64,000 bases of DNA, from contig CBFIBM010000001.1 in the NCBI GenBank assembly GCA_965660855.1, positions 352,798 to 416,797 on the forward strand. The letters are read 5' to 3'. The stretch is from an uncultured bacterium. Its GTDB lineage: Bacteria; Fidelibacterota; Marinisomatia; Marinisomatales; UBA1611. The translations under genes and the position numbers were made by a program. Position 1 is the first letter of the stretch. Each line of letters starts with the position of its first letter. Below, one piece after another: positions 21,010 through 29,454 of this stretch. The notes under the pieces were generated by a model. That model was given only the letters and a program-made list of their open reading frames with translations, searched no databases and had not been told where the DNA came from.

Positions 21010-22362
21010 ATGCAGGTAAATTTTAAAAATACAAGAGAAATCATCTCTAAACATATGCTTGCGGACGGAATGTCTCCTGTAATAGACCTTGAAAAAAGCC
21101 ATGGATCGTGGCTTGTTGATGGTAAAAGTGGAAGAAAGTATTTAGATCTATTTTCTATGTTTGCATCTATGTCCATTGGTTACAATCATCCATATGTATT
21201 ATCTCAGAAAGAAAGATTAGCCAATGCTGCAATTAATAAGCCAACAAATTCAGATATATATTCACCTGAGATGGCAAAATTTGTTAATACATTTTCAAGA
21301 ATAGCACAACCAGATTACTTACCATATTCGTTTTTTATTGAAGGTGGTGCATTAGCGGTTGAAAATGCTTTAAAAGCAGCTTTTGATTGGAAGGTTAGAC
21401 TTAACCTGTCTAAAGGAAAAAGAGAGCAAGGGAATAAAATTATTCATTTTAAAGATTGTTTTCATGGGCGGTCCGGGTATACTATGTCTCTTACTGACTC
21501 CCCAGATCCCAGAAAAGTTCAGTATTTTCCAAAATTTGATTGGCCCAGGGTAAGTAATCCAGCTATGGTTTTTCCTCTAAATGATAGGAATCTTGACCTC
21601 GTTCGTGAAAATGAGAAAATTTCTATCGATGAAATAAAAAATATAATACATAATTCTGCAGATGATATAGCAGGTTTAATTATTGAACCAATTCAAGGCG
21701 AAGGCGGTGATAATCACTTTCGAAAAGAGTTTTTGATGAAACTTAAGGAATTATCGCTAGAAAATGACTTCCTTTTAATTTTTGATGAAGTTCAAACTGG
21801 GATTGGTATTACAGGAAAAATGTGGGCTCATCAGAGGTTTGTTGATAATAATTGTTCAATTGGATGTAAAAGCTTTTGTAAAAAAGTCATTCCAGATCTA
21901 ATGAGTTTTGGAAAAAAGACTCAAGTGTGTGGAATATTAGGTGGAGAAAGATTAGATGCTATAGAAAATAATGTTTTTAAAGAATCAAGTCGTATAAATT
22001 CTACTTTTGGTGGCAACCTGGTCGATATGGTTCGTTTTACAATTTATTTGGAAGTAATTGAAAATGAAAACCTTCTTCAAAATGCCTATGAAAACGGAAA
22101 ATATTTATTAAAATCAATTGAAACTCTTGAAAATAAATTTTCAGGTCTTGTTTCAAATTCAAGAGGGAAGGGTTTATGGTGTGCTTATGATCTCCCAGAT
22201 CCTAATACACGAGATCGTCTTATTGAACTCATCCATGAAGAGGGAGCTATTATACTTGGTTCTGGGCACCGATCAATTCGATTTAGACCACATCTAAATA
22301 TTACAAAAGAAGAGATAGATATAGCAGGAGATATGATGAAATCTGCTCTATTAAAACTTTAA
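21010..22362 (+). CDS. lat: L-lysine 6-transaminase
   Basis: KPTNSDIYS, GGALAVENALKAAFDWK, FPKFDWPR, FGKKTQVCG. Confidence 0.93.
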   Translation: MQVNFKNTREIISKHMLADGMSPVIDLEKSHGSWLVDGKSGRKYLDLFSMFASMSIGYNHPYVLSQKERLANAAINKPTNSDIYSPEMAKFVNTFSRIAQPDYLPYSFFIEGGALAVENALKAAFDWKVRLNLSKGKREQGNKIIHFKDCFHGRSGYTMSLTDSPDPRKVQYFPKFDWPRVSNPAMVFPLNDRNLDLVRENEKISIDEIKNIIHNSADDIAGLIIEPIQGEGGDNHFRKEFLMKLKELSLENDFLLIFDEVQTGIGITGKMWAHQRFVDNNCSIGCKSFCKKVIPDLMSFGKKTQVCGILGGERLDAIENNVFKESSRINSTFGGNLVDMVRFTIYLEVIENENLLQNAYENGKYLLKSIETLENKFSGLVSNSRGKGLWCAYDLPDPNTRDRLIELIHEEGAIILGSGHRSIRFRPHLNITKEEIDIAGDMMKSALLKL

Positions 22363-22364
22363 TT

Positions 22365-23063
22365 TTGGATTCTCAATCGGGTATATTATACTTAGTTTCT
22401 ACTCCAATAGGAAACCTTGGTGATATTACATTTAGAGCCATTGAAACGTTGAAGAAAGTTAATGTTATTGCTGCAGAGGACACTAGGCATTCAAGACGTT
22501 TATTAAATCACTATGGAATAAAAACACCTTTGCTATCATATTATGAGCATAATAGAGATATGAGAATTCCTAAGATAATTGAAACCATAAAGTCTGGTGA
22601 TAGTGTTTCATTAATAACGGATGCTGGAACACCTGCAATCTCCGATCCCGCTTATAAATTAGTAAGATTTGCTATTGAGAATAAGATTAAAGTAGAGTCA
22701 ATACCAGGTGCATCAGCCGTCTTAGCTTCATTAGTTCCGTCCGGTTTGCCTACGGATAGATTTATCTTTGAAGGATTTCTTCCTCTTAAAAAGGGTAGGA
22801 TAAAAAGAATCAAATCTATGCAGGATGAGATCGCTACAATTATTCTTTATGAATCACCAAAAAGATTAACACGGACTTTAAGACAACTTACAGAAATATT
22901 AGGGGATAGACCGGCAGTGGTTGCGAGGGAATTAACTAAAATTCACGAAGAATATGTTAGAGGAACCTTAAAAGATTTGTATGCTCATTTTATTGAAAAA
23001 TCTCCAAAAGGAGAATGCGTAATTTTAATTGGAAAAAAGGATGAGAATGTCCACTTCAATTAA
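22365..23063 (+). CDS. rsmI: 16S rRNA C1402 2'-O-methyltransferase
   Basis: TPIGNLGDITFRA, AEDTR, DAGTPAISDP, ARELTKIHEE. Confidence 0.96.
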   Translation: MDSQSGILYLVSTPIGNLGDITFRAIETLKKVNVIAAEDTRHSRRLLNHYGIKTPLLSYYEHNRDMRIPKIIETIKSGDSVSLITDAGTPAISDPAYKLVRFAIENKIKVESIPGASAVLASLVPSGLPTDRFIFEGFLPLKKGRIKRIKSMQDEIATIILYESPKRLTRTLRQLTEILGDRPAVVARELTKIHEEYVRGTLKDLYAHFIEKSPKGECVILIGKKDENVHFN

Positions 23064-23667
23064 GTCAGTTTTTATATCTTTTGAAGGGATTGATGGTTGT
23101 GGAAAATCAACCCAGGTAAAATTACTCATGAAAAAACTTTATGATCAAAAAATCAAAGCTATTTTAGTAAGGGAACCAGGAAGTTCTAAAATTGCTGAAG
23201 ATATAAGATCAATTTTATTAGATAATAAAAATAGTGATATGTCAAGTCAAACAGAAGCACTCCTAATGACTGCATCGAGAGCACAACTTACTAGAGAAGT
23301 AATTATTCCAAAATTAGAGGATGGCTATGTTATAGTTGCCGATCGATTTCAAGATTCCACTATTGCTTATCAAGGTGGAGGAAGAGGTTTGGATGTATCT
23401 TTTCTTAGAAATTTAAATTTATTTGCAACTGAAAAACTAGTTCCTGATTTGACATTTTATTTGGATGTTACAGTAGAGGAAGGCTATAGAAGAGTAAATA
23501 AAAAAATATTTGATCGTATTGAAAATGCTGGAAAACATTTTCAATCTAGAGTGAGAACAGAATACTTAAAGTTAGTAGAAAAAGAACCTAATAGAGTTAT
23601 TTTAGTAGATGGTAATGATTCTGTAGAAAAAATACATTCTATTATTTGGAATAAAATATCAAATTAA
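23047..23667 (+). CDS. tmk: Thymidylate kinase
   Basis: FEGIDGCGKSTQ, REPG, DRF..S..AYQGGGRG; start moved to ATG 23047. Confidence 0.96.
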   Translation: MSTSIKSVFISFEGIDGCGKSTQVKLLMKKLYDQKIKAILVREPGSSKIAEDIRSILLDNKNSDMSSQTEALLMTASRAQLTREVIIPKLEDGYVIVADRFQDSTIAYQGGGRGLDVSFLRNLNLFATEKLVPDLTFYLDVTVEEGYRRVNKKIFDRIENAGKHFQSRVRTEYLKLVEKEPNRVILVDGNDSVEKIHSIIWNKISN

Positions 23668-23682
23668 AGAGTTAACAATTAA

Positions 23683-25308
23683 ATGCTAAATATTTACAAA
23701 ATTTCTATAATTATAATAATCAATTTAAATTTTATTTATCCAAGTAAAAATGTCTACAAACAGGTTAGAAAAAATCAATCTTTAATTAATGACGTCTATC
23801 GACATTTAGTTACTAATTATGTTGATGATATTGATTTAGACACGTTTACAAAATTAAGTATAAATAATATGCTTCTTGAATTAGACCCCTACACAGTCTA
23901 CATGGAAGATGAAGAAAAAAGTGGCATAGAAATGTTAACTAAAGGAAAATACGGAGGTGTAGGAATTCAAATTGGTAAAAGAGAAAAGGTATTAACTGTA
24001 ATCTCCCCAATGGAGGATTCACCAGCAAAAAAAGCTGGAATCATGAGTGGAGATAAAATTATAAAAATAGATCAACAAGATACTGAAAATTTATCAATGG
24101 ATGATGCTGCTAAATTAATTCGAGGACAAAAAGGTACAAACATTACATTAAGTATAAAAAGATACGGTGAAAATGAACTAATTGACTTTGATTTAAAAAG
24201 AGAAAATATTAAAGTGAAAGATGTCTCATTTTCTGGTAAATTAGATGAATCAACCGGTTACATTCGACTAACAAGGTTTTCAAGAAATTCAGATAATGAG
24301 TTAAAAATATCTATCGAAAAACTTTTAGAAGACAAAATAGATGGTTTGATAATAGATTTGAGAGATAACCCAGGCGGGCTATTAAATGCTGCTGTGAATA
24401 TACTAGATTTATTTACTCCAGAAAATCAGTTATTAGTTTGGACTGAGGGGAAAACACAAAAGTCTCAAAAAAAATATTTAAGTAAGAATCCAGCATTAGT
24501 ACCTGAAGATTTAAAAGTTACTGTTTTAGTTAATCAGGGTAGTGCATCAGCTAGTGAAATTGTTGCGGGCGTTCTACAAGACCTTGATAGAGCAGTTGTT
24601 ATTGGTAGGTCAACATTTGGAAAAGGTTTGGTTCAAACTGTTTATAATATCGATAGAGATAGATCTCTGAAAATAACCACAGCAAAATATTATATTCCGA
24701 GCGGACGTTTAATTCAAAAACCGGGATATCTACCAGATGAAATATTAGCGGATACTTCAAAACAAGATACTCTTTTTTACACTAAAAGTGGTAGGAAAGT
24801 TTCGGGTGCAGGTGGAATAGTTCCAGATTATGAAATTGAATTAGATAAGATAAGTCCAATATTATCTGCATCATGGAGGCAAGGTCTCTTTTTTAATTTT
24901 GTCCAGAAAAATAAGATGAACTATGAACAATTTTCAGATGTATTAAAAGATAATGACCTAATGAATAAATTTGAAGAGTATATTTACTCAAATGACCTAG
25001 ATATTTATATGAAAGGAGAGTATAAGTATTTAGAAATGAAAGAACTAATGTTAGAATTAGATTCAACTAGTGTTCAGATACAAGGTGGTTTAGATATTTT
25101 GGATTCTTATTTTGAAGAAATGGCATTAACTCAATTTGAGAAGGAAAAAGATAAACTTAGCCATCATCTAGTAGTTGAATTCGCAGATCATTTTAACGGT
25201 ACAAAAGCAAAAACAAAATTAATGGCTGAAAAAGACAAAGATATAATTAAAGCTTTAGAAATTATGGAAGATCAAATGTCCTATAAAAATGTATTTATTC
25301 CTCAATAA
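23683..25308 (+). CDS. ctpA: S41 carboxyl-terminal processing protease
   Basis: LDPYT, PDZ YGGVGI, DLRDNPGGLL, SASASEIV, FGKGLVQ. Confidence 0.93.
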   Translation: MLNIYKISIIIIINLNFIYPSKNVYKQVRKNQSLINDVYRHLVTNYVDDIDLDTFTKLSINNMLLELDPYTVYMEDEEKSGIEMLTKGKYGGVGIQIGKREKVLTVISPMEDSPAKKAGIMSGDKIIKIDQQDTENLSMDDAAKLIRGQKGTNITLSIKRYGENELIDFDLKRENIKVKDVSFSGKLDESTGYIRLTRFSRNSDNELKISIEKLLEDKIDGLIIDLRDNPGGLLNAAVNILDLFTPENQLLVWTEGKTQKSQKKYLSKNPALVPEDLKVTVLVNQGSASASEIVAGVLQDLDRAVVIGRSTFGKGLVQTVYNIDRDRSLKITTAKYYIPSGRLIQKPGYLPDEILADTSKQDTLFYTKSGRKVSGAGGIVPDYEIELDKISPILSASWRQGLFFNFVQKNKMNYEQFSDVLKDNDLMNKFEEYIYSNDLDIYMKGEYKYLEMKELMLELDSTSVQIQGGLDILDSYFEEMALTQFEKEKDKLSHHLVVEFADHFNGTKAKTKLMAEKDKDIIKALEIMEDQMSYKNVFIPQ

Positions 25309-25355
25309 TATATATTATTTAATAAAAAACTTATATTAATTTCTGTTTAAATATA

Positions 25356-25429
25356 GGGCGATTAGCTCAGTTGGTTAGAGCGCTACGTTGACATCGTAGA
25401 GGTCGGCGGTTCGACTCCGTCATCGCCCA
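25356..25429 (+). tRNA. tRNA-Val(GAC)
   Basis: Acceptor GGGCGAT/ATCGCCC; anticodon arm CTACG-TTGACAT-CGTAG; GGTTCGA T-loop; CCA not encoded. Confidence 0.97.
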
Positions 25430-25436
25430 CTACATA

Positions 25437-27383
25437 ATGAAAAAAATAAAAATAACATTACCAGATAATTCAATAAAAGAAGTAGATCATGGATCCACTC
25501 CATCTGATGTAGCTCTTCAGATTGGTCCTGGGTTAGCACGATCTGTTGTTGTTGCAAAAGCTAATAATGTTTTGGTAGATCTTAATATACCTTTGACCGA
25601 AGATTGTAATCTTCAATTATTTAATGGTGAAACAGAAGAAGGACATGATACCTTATTACATTCTACAGCGCATTTAATGGCACAAGCAGTTAAAGAAATA
25701 TATCCAAATGCAAAAGTAACTATTGGGCCAACTATTCAAAACGGATTTTATTATGATTTCGATGTAGACACTCCATTCACTGAAAAAAATCTTGAAGAAA
25801 TTGAATTGAAAATGAAAGAGCTTGCAAAATCATCTCAAGAAATTATTCGCGATGAAATATCTGTTGATGAGGCAATAGAGAAATTTGAAGAAATGGGAGA
25901 GTCATATAAAGTTGATATTGTTAAGAACATAGATAAAAGTGAAATTCTCTCTACATATACTCAAACTAATTTCATGGACCTTTGTAGAGGTCCACATGTA
26001 TCAAATACATCGAAGATCAAATATTTTAAGCTCACTTCAACCTCTGGCGCATATTGGCGTGGAGATGAAAAGAATAAGATGCTACAGAGAATTTATGGTA
26101 CAGTTTTTTCAAATAAAGATCTTTTGAAAAAGCATCTTCAAAACCTGGAAGAAGCAAAAAAAAGAGATCACAGAAAACTAGGTAAGGAGCTAAGTATTTA
26201 TTTATTTGATGATGAAATTGGTTCTGGCCTACCTTTGTGGTTGCCAAATGGTACGATTATTATTGAAGAATTAGAAAAGTTAGCTAAAGAAACAGAGCAG
26301 AAAGCAAGTTATCAACGCGTTCGTACTCCTCATCTTACAAAAGGATCTCTTTATGATAAATCAGGTCATTTAGAACATTATAAAGACTCAATGTATCCAG
26401 CTATGGATATTGATGGAACTGAATATTATATCAAACCTATGAATTGCCCTCATCATCATAAAATTTATTCATCTTCCCCAAAAAGCTACAGAGATCTACC
26501 TGTAAGGCTAGCTGAATATGGAACATGCTATAGATATGAAAAGTCAGGGCAATTATTTGGATTAATGAGAGTTAGAAGTTTACAAATGAATGATGCTCAT
26601 ATCTATTGTACAAAAGATCAATTTAAAGATGAATTTTTAGCTGTATGTAATATGTACCTTGAATATTTTAAAATATTTGATATTCAAAAATATTCAATGA
26701 GACTCAGTTTGCATAGTAACGAGGGTCTAGGTGAAAAATATGTAAATAATCCTGAACTTTGGGAGAAGACAGAATCTTGGGTTAGGGAAGTTCTGGTTGA
26801 TGGTGGCTTTGATTTTGTTGAATCGAAGGGTGAAGCTGCTTTTTACGGACCCAAAATTGATGTTCAAGTATGGAGCGCAGTTGGAAAAGAATTTACTTTA
26901 GCAACTAATCAGGTAGATTTTGCTGTTCCGGAAAAATTCAACTTAACCTACAAAGATGAAAAAGGTCTAGAAAAAACCCCTCTATGTATTCATAGGGCTC
27001 CACTTGGCACCCATGAAAGGTTTATTGGATTTCTTATTGAACATTTTGGAGGTAATTTCCCACTCTGGTTAGCACCAATACAAGTTGCTGTTCTTCCAGT
27101 ATCTGATAAAGTGTTAGATTATGCAAATATCATAGTAGAAGAATTAAAATCCATAAATATAAGGGTTGATTTAAATAGTAAGTCTGAAAAAATAGGTTCA
27201 AAAATAAGACAAGCTGAATTAAATAAAATAAATATAATGCTTATTTTGGGTGAAAAAGAAAAAAATGAAAAAACTGTATCTTTAAGGAGACGTTTTGATG
27301 GAGATATGGGTAAATTACACTTAAATGAATTAAAAGAAATATTATTAACTGAAATAAAAAACAGGAGGCTTACTCATAGCTAA
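25437..27383 (+). CDS. thrS: Threonine--tRNA ligase
   Basis: TGS domain, HSTAHLMAQAV, DLCRGPH, RDHRKLG, KPMNCP, GEAAFYGPKID. Confidence 0.98.
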   Translation: MKKIKITLPDNSIKEVDHGSTPSDVALQIGPGLARSVVVAKANNVLVDLNIPLTEDCNLQLFNGETEEGHDTLLHSTAHLMAQAVKEIYPNAKVTIGPTIQNGFYYDFDVDTPFTEKNLEEIELKMKELAKSSQEIIRDEISVDEAIEKFEEMGESYKVDIVKNIDKSEILSTYTQTNFMDLCRGPHVSNTSKIKYFKLTSTSGAYWRGDEKNKMLQRIYGTVFSNKDLLKKHLQNLEEAKKRDHRKLGKELSIYLFDDEIGSGLPLWLPNGTIIIEELEKLAKETEQKASYQRVRTPHLTKGSLYDKSGHLEHYKDSMYPAMDIDGTEYYIKPMNCPHHHKIYSSSPKSYRDLPVRLAEYGTCYRYEKSGQLFGLMRVRSLQMNDAHIYCTKDQFKDEFLAVCNMYLEYFKIFDIQKYSMRLSLHSNEGLGEKYVNNPELWEKTESWVREVLVDGGFDFVESKGEAAFYGPKIDVQVWSAVGKEFTLATNQVDFAVPEKFNLTYKDEKGLEKTPLCIHRAPLGTHERFIGFLIEHFGGNFPLWLAPIQVAVLPVSDKVLDYANIIVEELKSINIRVDLNSKSEKIGSKIRQAELNKINIMLILGEKEKNEKTVSLRRRFDGDMGKLHLNELKEILLTEIKNRRLTHS

Positions 27384-27888
27384 AAAGCAAAAGCAACGTA
27401 TAAATAATGATATTACTTCCATTGAAGTAAGGTTAATTGGACAAGATGGTGAACAGTTCGGTGTTGTTCCTATTGAAGTTGCACTAAATAAAGCCCAAGA
27501 TTTTGGTCTAGATCTTATGGAAGTTTCGCCTAATGCAAAACCTCCAGTTTGTAAAATTGTAGATCATGGAAAACTAAAATACGAAGAGAAAAAGAAACAG
27601 CAAATTAATAAAAAAAAGCAACACGTTGTTAAATTAAAAGAGATTAGACTCAGGCCAAGAATTGAAGAACATGATCTTATGACTAAATTAAATCATGGCA
27701 GAAAATTTCTTTCCGAAGGAGCTAAACTTAAAGTAACTTTGATGTTTCGTGGGCGTGAGTTAGCACGAATTGACTTAGGAAAAATTGTAATGAATAGAGT
27801 TTTAGAAGAATTGGCAGATGTGGCTGAGGTTGAAAAGGATATTCCCCTTGAAGGCCGACGCATGTCAATGATCCTTAATGCTAAATAG
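27376..27888 (+). CDS. infC: Translation initiation factor IF-3 (non-canonical ATA start)
   Basis: Frame extends upstream of 27517 through RINNDITSIEVRLIGQDGEQFGVV to ATA 27376, 7 nt after AGGAGG. Confidence 0.93.
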   Translation: MAKKQKQRINNDITSIEVRLIGQDGEQFGVVPIEVALNKAQDFGLDLMEVSPNAKPPVCKIVDHGKLKYEEKKKQQINKKKQHVVKLKEIRLRPRIEEHDLMTKLNHGRKFLSEGAKLKVTLMFRGRELARIDLGKIVMNRVLEELADVAEVEKDIPLEGRRMSMILNAK

Positions 27889-27897
27889 GAGTACTGG

Positions 27898-28092
27898 ATG
27901 CCTAAAATGAAAACAAGGCGCGGAGCCGCGAAGCGGTTTAAAATCTCAGGTTCCGGCAGGATTAAACGAAACAAAGCAAACCATAGACATATGCTAGTTC
28001 GCAGATCAAACAAGGTAAAGAGAAAAATGAGGCAGACAGGTGTTCTAGCACCAGGTGACCTTAAACTTGTTAAAGCGATGCTAGGCGTCTAA
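27898..28092 (+). CDS. rpmI: 50S ribosomal protein L35
   Basis: MPKMKTRRGAAKRFKISGSG; AGGAG SD. Confidence 0.98.
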   Translation: MPKMKTRRGAAKRFKISGSGRIKRNKANHRHMLVRRSNKVKRKMRQTGVLAPGDLKLVKAMLGV

Positions 28093-28111
28093 AAACTGGA
28101 GACGATAAAAT

Positions 28112-28456
28112 ATGCCAAGAGCAAATAGTTCCGTTCCACGACATCGTCGTCATCGGAAAATCGTCAAGCAGGCCAAAGGCTACTATGGTGCCCGGAGCCG
28201 CACATTTAAATCTGCAAAAGATGCAGTGGTTAAAGCAGGTCTCTATGCATATAGAGATAGGCGTCAGAGGAAGCGGATGTTCCGCAGACTCTGGATCACA
28301 AGAATCAATGCAGCGTGCCGGCTTAATGGTACTACGTATTCAATATTTATAAATGGTCTGAAGACAAAAGGTATTGACTTGGATCGGAAAATTCTAGCTG
28401 ACATGGCCGTGAATGATCCGCAAGCCTTTACCGCATTGACAGTATCAGTTAAGTAG
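28112..28456 (+). CDS. rplT: 50S ribosomal protein L20
   Basis: [28 protein letters not shown]. Confidence 0.98.
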   Translation: MPRANSSVPRHRRHRKIVKQAKGYYGARSRTFKSAKDAVVKAGLYAYRDRRQRKRMFRRLWITRINAACRLNGTTYSIFINGLKTKGIDLDRKILADMAVNDPQAFTALTVSVK

Positions 28457-28461
28457 CTGGT

Positions 28462-29454
28462 ATGTCAATTCAGGAACAACTCGATTCGGTCAGGAATGAT
28501 TTTCTGACCGATATCGAATCCTTTTCCAAAAACCCCAAGGAAGTTAGTGAACTTAAATTTAAATACTTAGGCCGCAAAGGAAAGGTAGCTTCTTTATTCT
28601 CCCTGATAGGTAAGGCTAGTCACATTGAGAGACCATTGCTTGGACAAAAATTAAATGCACTTAAGAAAGAATTATCTAGTGTAATCGAAGAAAAAGAACT
28701 GTCTTTTGCGAATAGCAATAACTCTGTAAATGTATCAAAAAGAGATTTTACTCTACCTGGTCGTATACAACCTAGTGGTTCTCTACATATACTTGAACAA
28801 ACTTTATCCGAAATAAAAGAGATCTTTAAAAGTATAGGATTTCATATTGCATATGGTCAAGAAGTAGACGATGAGTACCATAATTTTACAGCCTTAAATG
28901 TTCCTGAACATCATCCATCAAGAGATATGCAAGATACGTTTTTTATTAACCCTGAGATTGTTTTAAGGTCTCATACTTCAAATGTCCAAATACACTTAAT
29001 GGAATCATTGGATCCTCCAATTAAATTTATTGTACCGGGACGTGTATATCGAAATGAATCAATAAGTTATAAAAGCTATTGTCTATTTCATCAAGTAGAA
29101 GGTATTTATATTAATAATAAAGTCTCATTTTCAGAATTAAAAGGATGTTTGGAATATTTTATAAAACAAATGTTTGGTTCAAATAAAAAAATGCGATTCA
29201 GACCATCTTTTTTCCCTTTTACTGAGCCTAGTGGGGAGGTTGATATATGGGATGATGAAAGAAAACAATGGATGGAGATACTTGGTTGTGGAATGGTTGA
29301 TCCTAATGTACTTGAAAATGTTGGATATGATTCTAAGAAATGGAAAGGTTATGCATTTGGTATGGGAGTTGAGAGAATTGCAATGCTAAAATATAAAATT
29401 GATGACATTAGGTTATTTTATAATGGTGACATAAGATTTTTGGAACAATTTTGA
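28462..29454 (+). CDS. pheS: Phenylalanine--tRNA ligase alpha subunit
   Basis: HHPSRDMQDTF, FHQVEG, FRPSFFPFTEPS, AFGMGVERIAM. Confidence 0.98.
   Translation: MSIQEQLDSVRNDFLTDIESFSKNPKEVSELKFKYLGRKGKVASLFSLIGKASHIERPLLGQKLNALKKELSSVIEEKELSFANSNNSVNVSKRDFTLPGRIQPSGSLHILEQTLSEIKEIFKSIGFHIAYGQEVDDEYHNFTALNVPEHHPSRDMQDTFFINPEIVLRSHTSNVQIHLMESLDPPIKFIVPGRVYRNESISYKSYCLFHQVEGIYINNKVSFSELKGCLEYFIKQMFGSNKKMRFRPSFFPFTEPSGEVDIWDDERKQWMEILGCGMVDPNVLENVGYDSKKWKGYAFGMGVERIAMLKYKIDDIRLFYNGDIRFLEQF
28481..28525 (+). terminator. Long hairpin in the 5' end of pheS (possible intragenic terminator or mRNA stabiliser)
   Basis: TCGAT-TCGGTCAGGAA/TGAT/TTTCTGACCGA-T-ATCGA followed by ATCCTTTT. Confidence 0.45.

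Noticed and set aside
25309..25436. T-box or thrS operator leader
   Set aside because: The space is occupied by an intact tRNA-Val and AT-rich sequence
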